Source of the DNA: a virus
Lineage: Duplodnaviria > Caudoviricetes
Strand: one strand, 5' to 3'
Virus record (IMG/VR): IMGVR_UViG_3300030376_003776
Coordinates: 1-36,861 of that record
Length of the DNA: 36,861 nt
The notes beneath the pieces are model-generated. The model did no database searches. It saw nothing but the letters and a program-made list of their open reading frames with translations, and had not been told where the DNA came from. The position numbers were made by a program, and so were the translations under genes. This document shows, piece by piece, positions 20,680 through 29,354 of this stretch (position 1 is the stretch's first letter; every line of letters starts with the position of its first letter).

Positions 20680-21016
20680 GTGCGGACGTTAACACATAGT
20701 TATGCATTAGTTCAGCCGCAAAATCTGCATCCATAACAGCAACTCTACCTACTTCGGAACCTGTCTGAGTTCTGCGGTCACCGTGGATAGCGAACAACAC
20801 GAACGGCCTGTCTTGCGCCACCCGTCGCAGTTTCGGTATCCAGTCGAATAACAGCCACCGCTTTGCAAATTTAACTTCGACCACAAACGGTTCGCAATGA
20901 ATGTCATGGCTTTCACGAGACGACTCGGTTCGATGAGCGTCACCAAACCCCGCTCTCTGCAATAAATCAAGGATTTCGTTCTCACCTTTTGTTCCTTTGT
21001 CTCGGGCCTTACTCAC
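20597..21016 (-). CDS. Holliday junction resolvase (Hjc-like PD-(D/E)XK nuclease)
   Basis: ARDKGTKGENE..D..VVEVK; GTG start. Confidence 0.75.
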   Translation of the reverse strand: MSKARDKGTKGENEILDLLQRAGFGDAHRTESSRESHDIHCEPFVVEVKFAKRWLLFDWIPKLRRVAQDRPFVLFAIHGDRRTQTGSEVGRVAVMDADFAAELMHNYVLTSAHGRDGNNPADPDSAAVTLDGVGQQDSD

Positions 21017-21029
21017 TTTGTTTTTCCTG

Positions 21030-21045
21030 TGATAATTTTGTGGGA
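21030..21045 (+). promoter_or_regulatory. Possible extended -10 promoter giving a leaderless transcript
   Basis: TG-A-TAATTT, 6 nt, then ATG 21045; no SD sequence. Confidence 0.35.
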
Positions 21046-22292
21046 TGCAATGGCGTAGAATGAGCAAAGCGTTGCTCGTTTTTTTCTATGTAGCAGCCTG
21101 GTTTGCACCCGCTGCAACCGCACTCGAAAGCGTTTCGCTCAGTGCAGACACGCCATACTTGGACTACGACATAACTTTAGACGGCGAAACGTTGCTGCAT
21201 GTCACATTCGACAGCAACACTGCTTGCCCCTTAGATTTCGCAACAACTATTGATCCTTGGCTGCGCCTAATTGATTCAGAAGGCAATATCGTGGCCGACG
21301 ATGACGACGGAAATCACAACGAACAAGACAACTGTTATGGGTCCAAGCTCCACCTTACTCCCGAGGCAGGAACTTATGTCCTACGATTTAGAACGTACCA
21401 AGAACAATCTGGAATTGATATTCCAGACGGCTCAGGAACAGTCACATGGTCAACCGACGGATACTCCCCACCAACAACGACGACTACGACCACAACGTCA
21501 TCTACTACTACGACGACGACTACAACGACGACTACGACTACTACCGCAGCACCCACTACGACGACGACTACGACAACGACGACAACGACGATCCCAGTAA
21601 CTACGACGACGGAGGCACCGCCATCTACCACTACGACCCCACCATCAACGACTACTCAGGCGCCCCCAACGACGACGACGACAACTACTTCGTCCACTTT
21701 GCCGCCCACCACGACCACTACGTTGCCACCGACGACAACGACCACGACGACGCTACCGCCGACGACTACGCTGCCACCGACGACATCAACGTCAACATCT
21801 ACTACTACGAGTACGACGACAACGACGACGGTCCCGCCGACGACAACTACCACGCTGCCGCCTACGACGACCCAACCGCCTACGACGACTACGACGACCA
21901 CGTTGCCGCCTACCACGACAACCTTGCTGCCCCCAACGACAACTCTTCTACCTCAACTTGAAGAAATAACTCCAGAAGTTATTGAAGAACTTGAATACGA
22001 AGAACTGTCTGACGAACAGATTGAAGAAGTTGCAGAAGCAATTCAAGATGCAGATGACGAAGTAAAAGAAGCGTTTGAAGAAGAAGTCAACATTTTCGCT
22101 GGCTCAACTGAGCAATACATTCCTTCAGGCTCCACAGTGTCCGTCGAAGACCGACGCGCCATCATTGCTGTTCAAAGCGCCAGCATCGCAGTAGCAGCCG
22201 CTACACGGCCTCTCCCACCCGCTCCCGTTCCCACCACATCAACAACTTCAGGAGGACCTTCCACACCTACTACTCGGAGAAAAAATGATTAA
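21045..22292 (+). CDS. Secreted mucin-like protein: signal peptide, PPC-like beta domain, Thr/Pro stalk, acidic region
   Basis: Hydrophobic N-terminus with AxA site; DPWLRLIDSEG..DDDDG..GTYVL; long poly-Thr tract. Confidence 0.75.
   Translation: MQWRRMSKALLVFFYVAAWFAPAATALESVSLSADTPYLDYDITLDGETLLHVTFDSNTACPLDFATTIDPWLRLIDSEGNIVADDDDGNHNEQDNCYGSKLHLTPEAGTYVLRFRTYQEQSGIDIPDGSGTVTWSTDGYSPPTTTTTTTTSSTTTTTTTTTTTTTTAAPTTTTTTTTTTTTIPVTTTTEAPPSTTTTPPSTTTQAPPTTTTTTTSSTLPPTTTTTLPPTTTTTTTLPPTTTLPPTTSTSTSTTTSTTTTTTVPPTTTTTLPPTTTQPPTTTTTTTLPPTTTTLLPPTTTLLPQLEEITPEVIEELEYEELSDEQIEEVAEAIQDADDEVKEAFEEEVNIFAGSTEQYIPSGSTVSVEDRRAIIAVQSASIAVAAATRPLPPAPVPTTSTTSGGPSTPTTRRKND
21470..21950 (+). repeat. Low-complexity ACN-codon tract encoding poly-Thr/LPPTTT
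   Basis: Visible ACG/ACT/ACA/ACC runs. Confidence 0.9.
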
Positions 22293-22461
22293 AAAGATTT
22301 TCTTTGAGAGCTACGCACTTGCGTGGACAGTAGGCGGCGTAGGACTCGTCCTGATTACTATGTCTGGAGATACCCTTCGCTGGGGTCTTTGGATTTCAGG
22401 CAGTTCACTAGCGCTGCATACTCTCGGCGTAATTGTGGACTCTCGTTCAAAGACTGAATAG
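22285..22461 (+). CDS. Small two-TM membrane protein (58 aa, MIKKIFFESYALAWTVGG..; not in ORF track)
   Basis: GGAG RBS; two hydrophobic segments; fills gap before holin. Confidence 0.7.
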   Translation: MIKKIFFESYALAWTVGGVGLVLITMSGDTLRWGLWISGSSLALHTLGVIVDSRSKTE

Positions 22462-22470
22462 ACTAGAAAC

Positions 22471-22704
22471 ATGTTTTCAACCTCTGTATTCAAGGACTCC
22501 ACCGAACGTGCTATCTCTGCTTTTTGTCAGACTCTTATTGCTCTCGTCGGTACTGATGGTGCTGGGATGCTTGATGTTGGTATGGTGGACTCGGTAAAGG
22601 CAGCAGCCGTCGCAGGTCTACTTTCCATCGTGAAGTCTTACGCTGCAATTAAGGGACCGATTGGCGGCGCAAACCCAAGCATGGTCAACCTTGAAGATGA
22701 GTAA
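22471..22704 (+). CDS. Holin (r1t-like)
   Basis: ERAISAFCQTLIA..AAAVAGLLSIVKS; adjacent to endolysin. Confidence 0.8.
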   Translation: MFSTSVFKDSTERAISAFCQTLIALVGTDGAGMLDVGMVDSVKAAAVAGLLSIVKSYAAIKGPIGGANPSMVNLEDE

Positions 22705-23431
22705 AATTCCAGTTACTTCTAGCCGTGTAAAGATCGACGGACTACACCCTCGATTTATTGCACGACTTGAAGCTTTCTTTGCCGATCCCCGCATCGCTAA
22801 CCGTGTCGCTGTCGTATCTGGTGTGCGTTCTTACGCTCAACAGAAATATCTGTATAACGGTTACAAGTCTGGCAAGCGAGGCTTCAACCTTGCAGCAAAT
22901 CCAGACCGTAAACTTAGCAACGGTTTTCAAGGCAGCTACCACATGTCGCAGCCTGCTTTTGACGGTTTTGGCTACGCTGTAGACTTTCGCATTACAGGCA
23001 AGGGCATCACTACCGGCGAAGTTAAAAAGATTGCAGCCGAATATGGAATGCACGCTCCTGTCCGTAGCGAATGGTGGCACCACACTCCTGGCAGCGTCCG
23101 CGGCTCACGCTTTCAATGGTTGCCTTACGAACAAGGCAAAGAACCCCCATCGCCCAGTCCGCAAAACGTTTTGGCTGAAGTTGCTAAGTTTGTAGAAGCC
23201 TGCCGCAACACAGTCGTGCGTAAAGGCGACCGTGGACCTGTCGTAGAGTTCTTGCAGACGCAGCTTGATAAAGACGGTTATCGACTTAACCGTGGCCGCA
23301 AACCTGGAGCTGGTATCGACGGCGCGTTTGGCAAGATGACCGACAAGGCAGTTAAACAGTTCCAGAAAGACGAAGGTCTGACTGTTGATGGTGTCGTCGG
23401 CCCAAACACCTGGAATACTCTTCTCGACTAA
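22697..23431 (+). CDS. Endolysin: M15-family peptidase plus peptidoglycan-binding domain
   Basis: SGVRSYAQQ..LY, S.H..AVD, EWWH; DGAFGKMTDKAVKQFQ..GLTVDGVVGPNTW. Confidence 0.9.
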   Translation: MSKIPVTSSRVKIDGLHPRFIARLEAFFADPRIANRVAVVSGVRSYAQQKYLYNGYKSGKRGFNLAANPDRKLSNGFQGSYHMSQPAFDGFGYAVDFRITGKGITTGEVKKIAAEYGMHAPVRSEWWHHTPGSVRGSRFQWLPYEQGKEPPSPSPQNVLAEVAKFVEACRNTVVRKGDRGPVVEFLQTQLDKDGYRLNRGRKPGAGIDGAFGKMTDKAVKQFQKDEGLTVDGVVGPNTWNTLLD

Positions 23432-23655
23432 GCCTGCAAATCTTCAGGCGGATAGTCTGGAACAAGATGTTCTTGTAGCTCAAGCATAACGTCTGCCAAA
23501 CTTTGCATCAGTTCGATGCGGTCATCGTTATCAAGCACATCCCAGCCTGCTTCCCAAATAATTACATTGGGACCATGCTCTTCGTTCCATGTGGCAATAA
23601 TAATAGGAGCATCAATTAGCTCTAGATGTCCTTCGTAAATGTTGTTATCGCTCAT
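23428..23655 (-). CDS. Hypothetical acidic protein (75 aa)
   Basis: ATGA-coupled last gene of the leftward operon. Confidence 0.65.
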   Translation of the reverse strand: MSDNNIYEGHLELIDAPIIIATWNEEHGPNVIIWEAGWDVLDNDDRIELMQSLADVMLELQEHLVPDYPPEDLQA

Positions 23656-24014
23656 CTATTGACGTACTCTTCCATAGTTTCAATGTAATAATCTCCTGTG
23701 CCATGTGGCTTGCAGAACGGAAAATGAGTCATGCCTGACAACGTAGGCCCACCACAGTCACAACATACTGTTGCATTTGGATTGAACACATTGCGTGGCT
23801 TGTAAGTTCTTGCACGAGATACAACCTCGGCAAGCGATGGCGGGAACTTGTCACCAGCCTCTGCAAACGAATCAATGGAACGAGCCATGTCAGCATACGA
23901 GGTGCTGCCTGCGTGCTGCGCCCACTCCATTGAAGTCGAAGACGTAACCTTGAAGGGGTTACCCCACAACTGCTTCATCTTCACAACAAGTGATTCAGCT
24001 TCTGATTGATTCAT
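23652..24014 (-). CDS. Replicative helicase loader/inhibitor (SPP1 G39P-like)
   Basis: MNQSEA..LV..W..W..Y..KFPPSLAEV signature. Confidence 0.65.
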   Translation of the reverse strand: MNQSEAESLVVKMKQLWGNPFKVTSSTSMEWAQHAGSTSYADMARSIDSFAEAGDKFPPSLAEVVSRARTYKPRNVFNPNATVCCDCGGPTLSGMTHFPFCKPHGTGDYYIETMEEYVNR

Positions 24015-24220
24015 ATGTCTCCATGACTCTGAAGGGCAACAACATAAGCAGCCAATGCAAGCTGCGTGTTGTGACCAACCTCAAACAACTGCCACAAATC
24101 TTGACGATTATCGTCAAATGCTTGTTGACGAATAGCATTATTAAGACCAGCAATATTGTCTATCGCTTTGTAAACCATCGTTACATCATCAACGTTTGGA
24201 ACGTAATTATTATCGCTCAC
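24011..24220 (-). CDS. Hypothetical protein (69 aa)
   Basis: GTG start with AGGAG upstream; coupled to next gene. Confidence 0.6.
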   Translation of the reverse strand: MSDNNYVPNVDDVTMVYKAIDNIAGLNNAIRQQAFDDNRQDLWQLFEVGHNTQLALAAYVVALQSHGDI

Positions 24221-24353
24221 GTTTCTTCTCTCCTGGTTTAAGATGGCACGAACAATTACAAAGGGGCCGGGCCACACGCACCTCACCATGCATGTAGACC
24301 GACCCCTTCACACACTCACCGCCATCAATTTGGCAAGTGTGATTCTTCTTCAC
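24210..24353 (-). CDS. Small Cys/His-rich protein (47 aa)
   Basis: GTGA overlap; ..CNCSCH. Confidence 0.5.
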   Translation of the reverse strand: MKKNHTCQIDGGECVKGSVYMHGEVRVARPLCNCSCHLKPGEKKRER

Positions 24354-24487
24354 TGGCGCTTGTTTGGTTTCTTGCCAGTAATACGCTTGATCCAAACAGA
24401 CGGCTTTTCACCAGGCTGCAACTCCAAAGAACTATCGGAGTTACGCAACACCTGCGGATCAACCCATTCCGTGCGATTGATACCCAC
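24350..24487 (-). CDS. Hypothetical protein (45 aa, MGINRTEWVDPQ..; not in ORF track)
   Basis: TAGTG overlap with SSB stop; fills the gap exactly. Confidence 0.55.
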   Translation of the reverse strand: MGINRTEWVDPQVLRNSDSSLELQPGEKPSVWIKRITGKKPNKRQ

Positions 24488-24909
24488 TAGAACGGCTCGT
24501 GCTCAGGAGATGAAACCTGAGCACCAGGGAACGCAGCAGCAACATTACCTGCACCTGCTGATTCCAGCGGCGGACGAATCATGGAAGCCACGTCCCACAA
24601 GTTGCACTTCCAACCAATCTTCGGCTGGCCTTCCTTGCTGACGTAGTTATCCGGTGCAAACTTGCCACGGATCATCACACGACTACCCTTACTGGTGTGC
24701 TGGGCATACGCTTGACCCTCACGATCCGAATTGTTGTTATCCGGCCAAACCGTCAGATCAACAAAGATCGTAGGATCATCCTTCTTCGGCTGATACGCCA
24801 AAGCGTTAACCCAAATAGTCTTCTCTTCACCCTGTGAATTCACAGTTTTGGATTGCCACTCACGGCAAAGATTACCGTACGCAAATCCATATCCTTCACT
24901 CAGCATCAT
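24487..24909 (-). CDS. ssb: Single-stranded DNA-binding protein
   Basis: GNL..FVDLTVW..KGSRVMIRGK..Y..KEG; C-terminal EPF; AGGAGG RBS. Confidence 0.85.
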   Translation of the reverse strand: MMLSEGYGFAYGNLCREWQSKTVNSQGEEKTIWVNALAYQPKKDDPTIFVDLTVWPDNNNSDREGQAYAQHTSKGSRVMIRGKFAPDNYVSKEGQPKIGWKCNLWDVASMIRPPLESAGAGNVAAAFPGAQVSSPEHEPF

Positions 24910-25321
24910 CTTCCTCCTGTTCTGCTGAATCACTCTGTGCCAGCTTGTCCAGCACATAGTTATCTTGCGACCACAAGTGGAGTCCAACACCCACTCGCAT
25001 CGCACACCGTTTGATTGCATCTGAAACGGCGTTCTTTGCATTAGCTCCGTTGTTCGCACCGGGGCGCTCAACATCACCAGCTTCTTCAATGACGACAAGT
25101 TCGCCGTCAATCTGATACGTCACACGCAGAATGCAGCCTTGCACTACACCATCTGCGTTGTAAATCAATTCTTTGACCTCTTGGGTACACGGCCCAATCT
25201 TTGCCAACAGAATCTGTTGAATGTCAGCGTGCGACACATAATCAGCTTGAAACCCACCGGGCTTCGTCTTGATATATGACGCAGGAATACGCTTTACAAG
25301 ATCACGCAGTACGGTCTTCAT
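24896..25321 (-). CDS. Rad52/22-family (Sak-like) single-strand annealing protein
   Basis: DYVSHADI..KNAVSDAIKRCAMRVGVGLHLW. Confidence 0.85.
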   Translation of the reverse strand: MKTVLRDLVKRIPASYIKTKPGGFQADYVSHADIQQILLAKIGPCTQEVKELIYNADGVVQGCILRVTYQIDGELVVIEEAGDVERPGANNGANAKNAVSDAIKRCAMRVGVGLHLWSQDNYVLDKLAQSDSAEQEEDDAE

Positions 25322-25511
25322 GCAGATCAATCACCTTTGCGTTGAGTTCAATCTCATCCAAACGATCCTGCTCAGCAGTCATTCGGATACCTTCGTTAAT
25401 CCAATGACGAATTTGGGCAGTAGCAGACCGTTCCTTAGTAGCTCCAATTAGCCCAGCAGCTTCCCAAGCAGCAGGCTTCATAGGAATAACCTTATTAACC
25501 TTATCAGTCAT
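25302..25511 (-). CDS. Ribbon-helix-helix (Arc/ParD-like) DNA-binding protein
   Basis: ..ERSATAQIRHWI; GGAGG RBS. Confidence 0.55.
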   Translation of the reverse strand: MTDKVNKVIPMKPAAWEAAGLIGATKERSATAQIRHWINEGIRMTAEQDRLDEIELNAKVIDLHEDRTA

Positions 25512-25528
25512 AACATCCTCCAAGATGT

Positions 25529-26368
25529 TTATATTGTTACTTCGTCAGGCCCAATGCCATAACAAAGACTATTATACAGGCAATACCTACATTCCCAATG
25601 TGTTTTCTTCGACGGACGACCATACGGGCCAGGCGACTCAACAGTCTTCAACCGAGACAAACCCTCTTCGCCATTACCGTCGTCATACACAATCGGATGC
25701 GGCAACAACCCACCCAGAATCGCCTTATCGACACGCTTGAAACGAATCAACTCAAACTCTGTGATGTCAAACACCGTTTCAAGACGGCCATCAAACACAG
25801 GATCGTTCAACTCAAAGTAATGCTCATACACATCACCAGCACGCACCTTGTCACGAAACGACGTTTCTTTCGCCACATACACAATGTGAATCGCATTCGC
25901 GCCCAAACCACGCGCATACAGGCCAGCCTGCGCCACATGCTCACGCTTCGGTGCTTCTCGGGCAAGCTTGCTGCCATACGCAGACGCAGACTTGAACTCA
26001 ACTACAACCTTGTGACCATCGCTATACGTCACCACAAGGTCAGCAGACCCCGACAAATCAGCACCCAACGGGCGACAATCCACCGGAACTTCAACGTCTA
26101 CCGACACTCCACCCATAACGGCCTGACGCACAAACGCTTCTTGCACAAAATCATGAATGCTGTTCCCTACATGGAACGCCAATAGCGTCTGCAAGTCCGG
26201 CGTCTCGGACTCGTCAAAGCCCGTGCCCTTGTACCAGCGCTGACGCTCACACGACCCGGCATCAGACACGCGCAAGCGCGTGCCCAGAGCCGTGGGCTTC
26301 GGCCCATCCTCATTGTATTTGCTTACTTGACCTGCATAAATAATGCCTTCGGCATCAATCATGGACAC
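25529..26368 (-). CDS. Cas4-like PD-(D/E)XK exonuclease
   Basis: S.AGSCERQ, GNSIH, GSAD..EFKS, Q..LY, CRYC..C (four Cys). Confidence 0.85.
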   Translation of the reverse strand: MSMIDAEGIIYAGQVSKYNEDGPKPTALGTRLRVSDAGSCERQRWYKGTGFDESETPDLQTLLAFHVGNSIHDFVQEAFVRQAVMGGVSVDVEVPVDCRPLGADLSGSADLVVTYSDGHKVVVEFKSASAYGSKLAREAPKREHVAQAGLYARGLGANAIHIVYVAKETSFRDKVRAGDVYEHYFELNDPVFDGRLETVFDITEFELIRFKRVDKAILGGLLPHPIVYDDGNGEEGLSRLKTVESPGPYGRPSKKTHWECRYCLYNSLCYGIGPDEVTI

Positions 26369-26605
26369 CTACCTTCGTTGTTGCTTTATTCTATCACGTT
26401 CCGCAGGTGTCGTACCTCCCCACACCCCGTAATCCGTATCCCACGGATCAACTGTGTCGATACGCCACTGCAAACATGTTTCCTTGACAACACACTTTTG
26501 GCAAACAGCAACCCCTAAATCCATCTGTCGATGATCAAAAAACTTGACAGATGGTTCTTCTTTACAAGCTGCCTGATCCATCCACATCGTCTGAAACAGT
26601 TCCAT
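26369..26605 (-). CDS. whiB: WhiB-family transcription factor
   Basis: W..QAAC..CQKCVVKETC..GVWGGTTPAER. Confidence 0.92.
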   Translation of the reverse strand: MELFQTMWMDQAACKEEPSVKFFDHRQMDLGVAVCQKCVVKETCLQWRIDTVDPWDTDYGVWGGTTPAERDRIKQQRR

Positions 26606-26906
26606 TTTGTGACTCACGCAACACCTCCATGAACTCCCGCCCAAGTTCACCAGAGACATTAGCTTCAGTATCAGTCATAGTACGCAACCCATGACCTACA
26701 GACGTATGGTCTTGCCGCCATTGCTGAGCAATACGAGACTGCGACCAACTAAACGTCCCAGACAACACAGCATTGATAACCCGACGAGTTCTTACTAACT
26801 CCGGGTACCTAGCCATGCTCATTACCATTTCGTACGACTGACACTCTTTGTCGCACACATAGTCAGCAAGCAACTCGAACAACGTGTCATCAGTAGGAAT
26901 ACGCAC
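26562..26906 (-). CDS. Stand-alone DnaA C-terminal (domain IV) HTH-like protein
   Basis: R..ELVRTR..S..RIAQ..RQDHTSVGHG resembles DnaA GRDHTTVLH. Confidence 0.6.
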   Translation of the reverse strand: MRIPTDDTLFELLADYVCDKECQSYEMVMSMARYPELVRTRRVINAVLSGTFSWSQSRIAQQWRQDHTSVGHGLRTMTDTEANVSGELGREFMEVLRESQNGTVSDDVDGSGSL

Positions 26907-27907
26907 TACACACCAGCAAGCTCACGAACAAGCTTGGTAGCAGTACGCGTCATCGGCATGTCACCCTTGATGAACTTCGTCATCATCCGCTGATCACGAT
27001 TCTTACCGTGCCCGTGGAAATGCTGCTCGTACTCGTTGACAGCCTGGATTGCATGGAACGCAGACTTGCGCGGGATCGTGCCATTGTCGTTGTTCCAAAT
27101 AGAACGCAGTCGATTGCGAGTCTCACGAGCAGCATTGAACGCCTTGGTGTTGAGTTGCACCCAATCACCAGTCACCTTGTGCGGACCCATTTTGATGTCA
27201 ACCTCGGGCTGGATCGTGTTAACAAGTTCAACCCACTGCGAATCACGGAAGTCCTTGTCCATCAACTGCATGATGTCACGGTCCATGTCATCCATCGCAC
27301 GGTATGCACGCTCAAGACCAGAGCGAGCTTCGATCAGACGATCTCTGGCAGACGACGTGTGCTTGATCGACCAGCGTAGATCACCCATGCGGGTAGCAAT
27401 ATCGTACGTGTTCTGACAAACCACACGGACAGTCACAACGTAGACAACAAAGTTGCCAGTACCGTGATGCGTAGCAACCAGCAAGAACCGGTTGGTAGCT
27501 TCTTCAGTACCTGCAAACGCAACTGACTCGCCAAGATCAAGCAGCATCCAAGCCATGCTGGAGTTGAACATAGTGCCAGCCGTAGTAACAGGCAGACCAA
27601 GCTCGTCTACCAAATCGACCATCTCGTAGTTCTGAATGATTTCGTAACGATCAGACACGATCTGCGGCTGCTTGCCAATCGAAGAATCAACAAGTTCTTC
27701 AGGCACAGAACGCTTCAGCAACCAACGACCAGGGATCGGGTTGTACGTCTGACTGTCGATAATCGGGGACTTGTAGATCTGGTAGTCCAGACCACCAAGC
27801 TCATAAGCAAGCGCTGGGTTAAGCACCGTGTCTTCAGGCAGAACCAAACCCTGCCTATGCCACGGAGTCTCACCGACACTCACCATCATTTCAGGGATAG
27901 CTCCCAT
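26906..27907 (-). CDS. DUF932 / TIGR03299-like phage-plasmid protein
   Basis: TPWHRQG, VSDRYEIIQN, VRVVCQNT, IKHT, AVNEYEQH. Confidence 0.85.
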   Translation of the reverse strand: MGAIPEMMVSVGETPWHRQGLVLPEDTVLNPALAYELGGLDYQIYKSPIIDSQTYNPIPGRWLLKRSVPEELVDSSIGKQPQIVSDRYEIIQNYEMVDLVDELGLPVTTAGTMFNSSMAWMLLDLGESVAFAGTEEATNRFLLVATHHGTGNFVVYVVTVRVVCQNTYDIATRMGDLRWSIKHTSSARDRLIEARSGLERAYRAMDDMDRDIMQLMDKDFRDSQWVELVNTIQPEVDIKMGPHKVTGDWVQLNTKAFNAARETRNRLRSIWNNDNGTIPRKSAFHAIQAVNEYEQHFHGHGKNRDQRMMTKFIKGDMPMTRTATKLVRELAGV

Positions 27908-27909
27908 AT

Positions 27910-28107
27910 TTACCACTCTCCTGTTTGTATAAAATCTTCTGCCATTGCTTCTGCAATGCGCTCTTCAATCTGCATCAGCACTTTGTAATCGGCTGTGCCA
28001 GTCATACCAACAAACTCGATGTATGACATCTTCTCCACACGCTCAAGTGCACGTTCGTACACTTCGGTGAATGCTTCCTCGGACGTTTTGTTAACGACGT
28101 TACGCAT
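27910..28107 (-). CDS. Hypothetical protein (65 aa)
   Basis: ORF in leftward operon; start chosen to avoid overlap. Confidence 0.55.
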   Translation of the reverse strand: MRNVVNKTSEEAFTEVYERALERVEKMSYIEFVGMTGTADYKVLMQIEERIAEAMAEDFIQTGEW

Positions 28108-28114
28108 CAATATT

Positions 28115-28330
28115 CTACCTGCTTTCTTGTTCTTCAACACACTCTGGACACTTGGCATCGGCATACGTCACACCATCCCACTTATCCAACTGCTCTAACT
28201 CCCAACCCTCACCCTCAGCCTCAACGACAAGAGAACCAGCATCAAGCCAACGCTCACGCCACTCTTGCTGATAGCAAATGTCACACTCCAACTCAAAGCC
28301 CTCATCAGGACCAGCAAATACAAGACCCAT
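28115..28330 (-). CDS. Small zinc-finger protein (71 aa)
   Basis: CDIC..EGW..CPEC; AAAGGTGG RBS. Confidence 0.65.
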   Translation of the reverse strand: MGLVFAGPDEGFELECDICYQQEWRERWLDAGSLVVEAEGEGWELEQLDKWDGVTYADAKCPECVEEQESR

Positions 28331-28455
28331 AGGTCCACCTTTCATAGTTAAGAAAGCGCAGAGAAGGAGAGGGAGAAAGGAGTAAGAACCTCTCCTCCCC
28401 TGCACACCGGTTAGATATGGGTGATAGTGAACCACCCTTACCAAAAAATTGTGTA

Positions 28456-28646
28456 GAGCAGTTTTACGACATGCTCAGGTCGGGTGCAGTTTAAGGAGAT
28501 GCTTAGCTCTGTAAGTGTATTAGGTGGCAGGATGAGGGCCTGCCCGGTTGCATCAAGTTAACGCCTGTGCCTAAGGCGTGGGGGATTCTGCGACCTGATA
28601 CCTCCTGGTCACATTGGAGGGAGCAGTTTCAGCCGCTGCTCAGGGC
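28456..28646 (-). ncRNA. Structured non-coding region with three copies of a ~27-nt H-type pseudoknot motif
   Basis: Copies at 28456-82, 28484-510 and 28621-46: stem-CURAGCA-stem-UNAAAC-UGC, first stem covaries. Confidence 0.6.
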
Positions 28647-28670
28647 GTACTCAGTCATTGTTCATATCAG

Positions 28671-28730
28671 TTACCTACTAACTAGAATTACAAACGCCAT
28701 CAGCAAGAATAGCCAACCAGCACCAGTCAT
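28671..28730 (-). CDS. Tiny membrane peptide MTGAGWLFLLMAFVILVSR (19 aa)
   Basis: AGGAG RBS; TAATG coupling. Confidence 0.45.
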   Translation of the reverse strand: MTGAGWLFLLMAFVILVSR

Positions 28731-28963
28731 TAGAATGGTTCTCCTGTGGTATGACGATCAAGGATGTAATCGTCTTCATCGCTGATCGGATACGCACCAC
28801 GCTCAATCTCAAAGTCAAGCAGTAGCTGAGACAGCTTGGACTGAAGATCGTTGGCATCACGCCATGTCAATGTGATGTAGTTTGTGTTGTAAAGATTTGA
28901 TGCTTGGTCGTGTAGATCAACACGCACCATGAAATCTGTGCGGTCACGAAAGACAGTAATCAT
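28730..28963 (-). CDS. Hypothetical protein (77 aa)
   Basis: GAGGTG RBS; TGATG coupling. Confidence 0.65.
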   Translation of the reverse strand: MITVFRDRTDFMVRVDLHDQASNLYNTNYITLTWRDANDLQSKLSQLLLDFEIERGAYPISDEDDYILDRHTTGEPF

Positions 28964-29244
28964 CACCACACCTCTTTGATATTGCGCACGTTAGCGGTCT
29001 GCTCAATGACATCGGCTGCGTCGTAATCGTTGACACGCTCACGGATGGCCTGATCAACAGCAAACGTCAACTGCTTTGCAAGCACAGCCATCTGCTGCAA
29101 GTCGTGACAGAACACAGTCAACTCTGCCCTGTCAATCTTGATCGTTACCCAATTCGTATCGAACGTTGGATAGTGTTTTGAATTAGCATCAACCGAAGTG
29201 CTTGACTCCTCGGTCATGTGTAGTGATGTGCTGAATAGAGCCAT
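28963..29244 (-). CDS. Hypothetical protein (93 aa)
   Basis: GAGG RBS; coupled. Confidence 0.7.
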   Translation of the reverse strand: MALFSTSLHMTEESSTSVDANSKHYPTFDTNWVTIKIDRAELTVFCHDLQQMAVLAKQLTFAVDQAIRERVNDYDAADVIEQTANVRNIKEVW

Positions 29245-29246
29245 GT

Positions 29247-29348
29247 CTATTCCTCTCTTTCTTTTTTGTAAGACAAATAATCATCAACCAGCAGCGCCAA
29301 CAGGAAGCAACTGGACATGATGAAGAACAGAAGCCAGAACGTATACAT
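29247..29348 (-). CDS. Small membrane peptide (33 aa, MYTFWLLFFIMSSCFLLALLV..; not in ORF track)
   Basis: GAGGT RBS; single hydrophobic helix; fills gap. Confidence 0.55.
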   Translation of the reverse strand: MYTFWLLFFIMSSCFLLALLVDDYLSYKKEREE

Positions 29349-29354
29349 CAGACC

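Noticed and set aside
21446-21961. CRISPR array, or Asp/Tyr-rich and Val-rich ORFs in other frames
   Set aside because: Shadow frames of the poly-Thr codon tract; no repeat-spacer periodicity.
25529-26368. CRISPR-Cas locus
   Set aside because: Solo Cas4-like nuclease near an annealase and SSB; no array or other cas genes.
28456-28650. Hammerhead or HDV-like ribozyme
   Set aside because: CUGAGCA and CUGAUAC do not match CUGANGA; the ACC-UCCU-GGU loop is too short for HDV L3.
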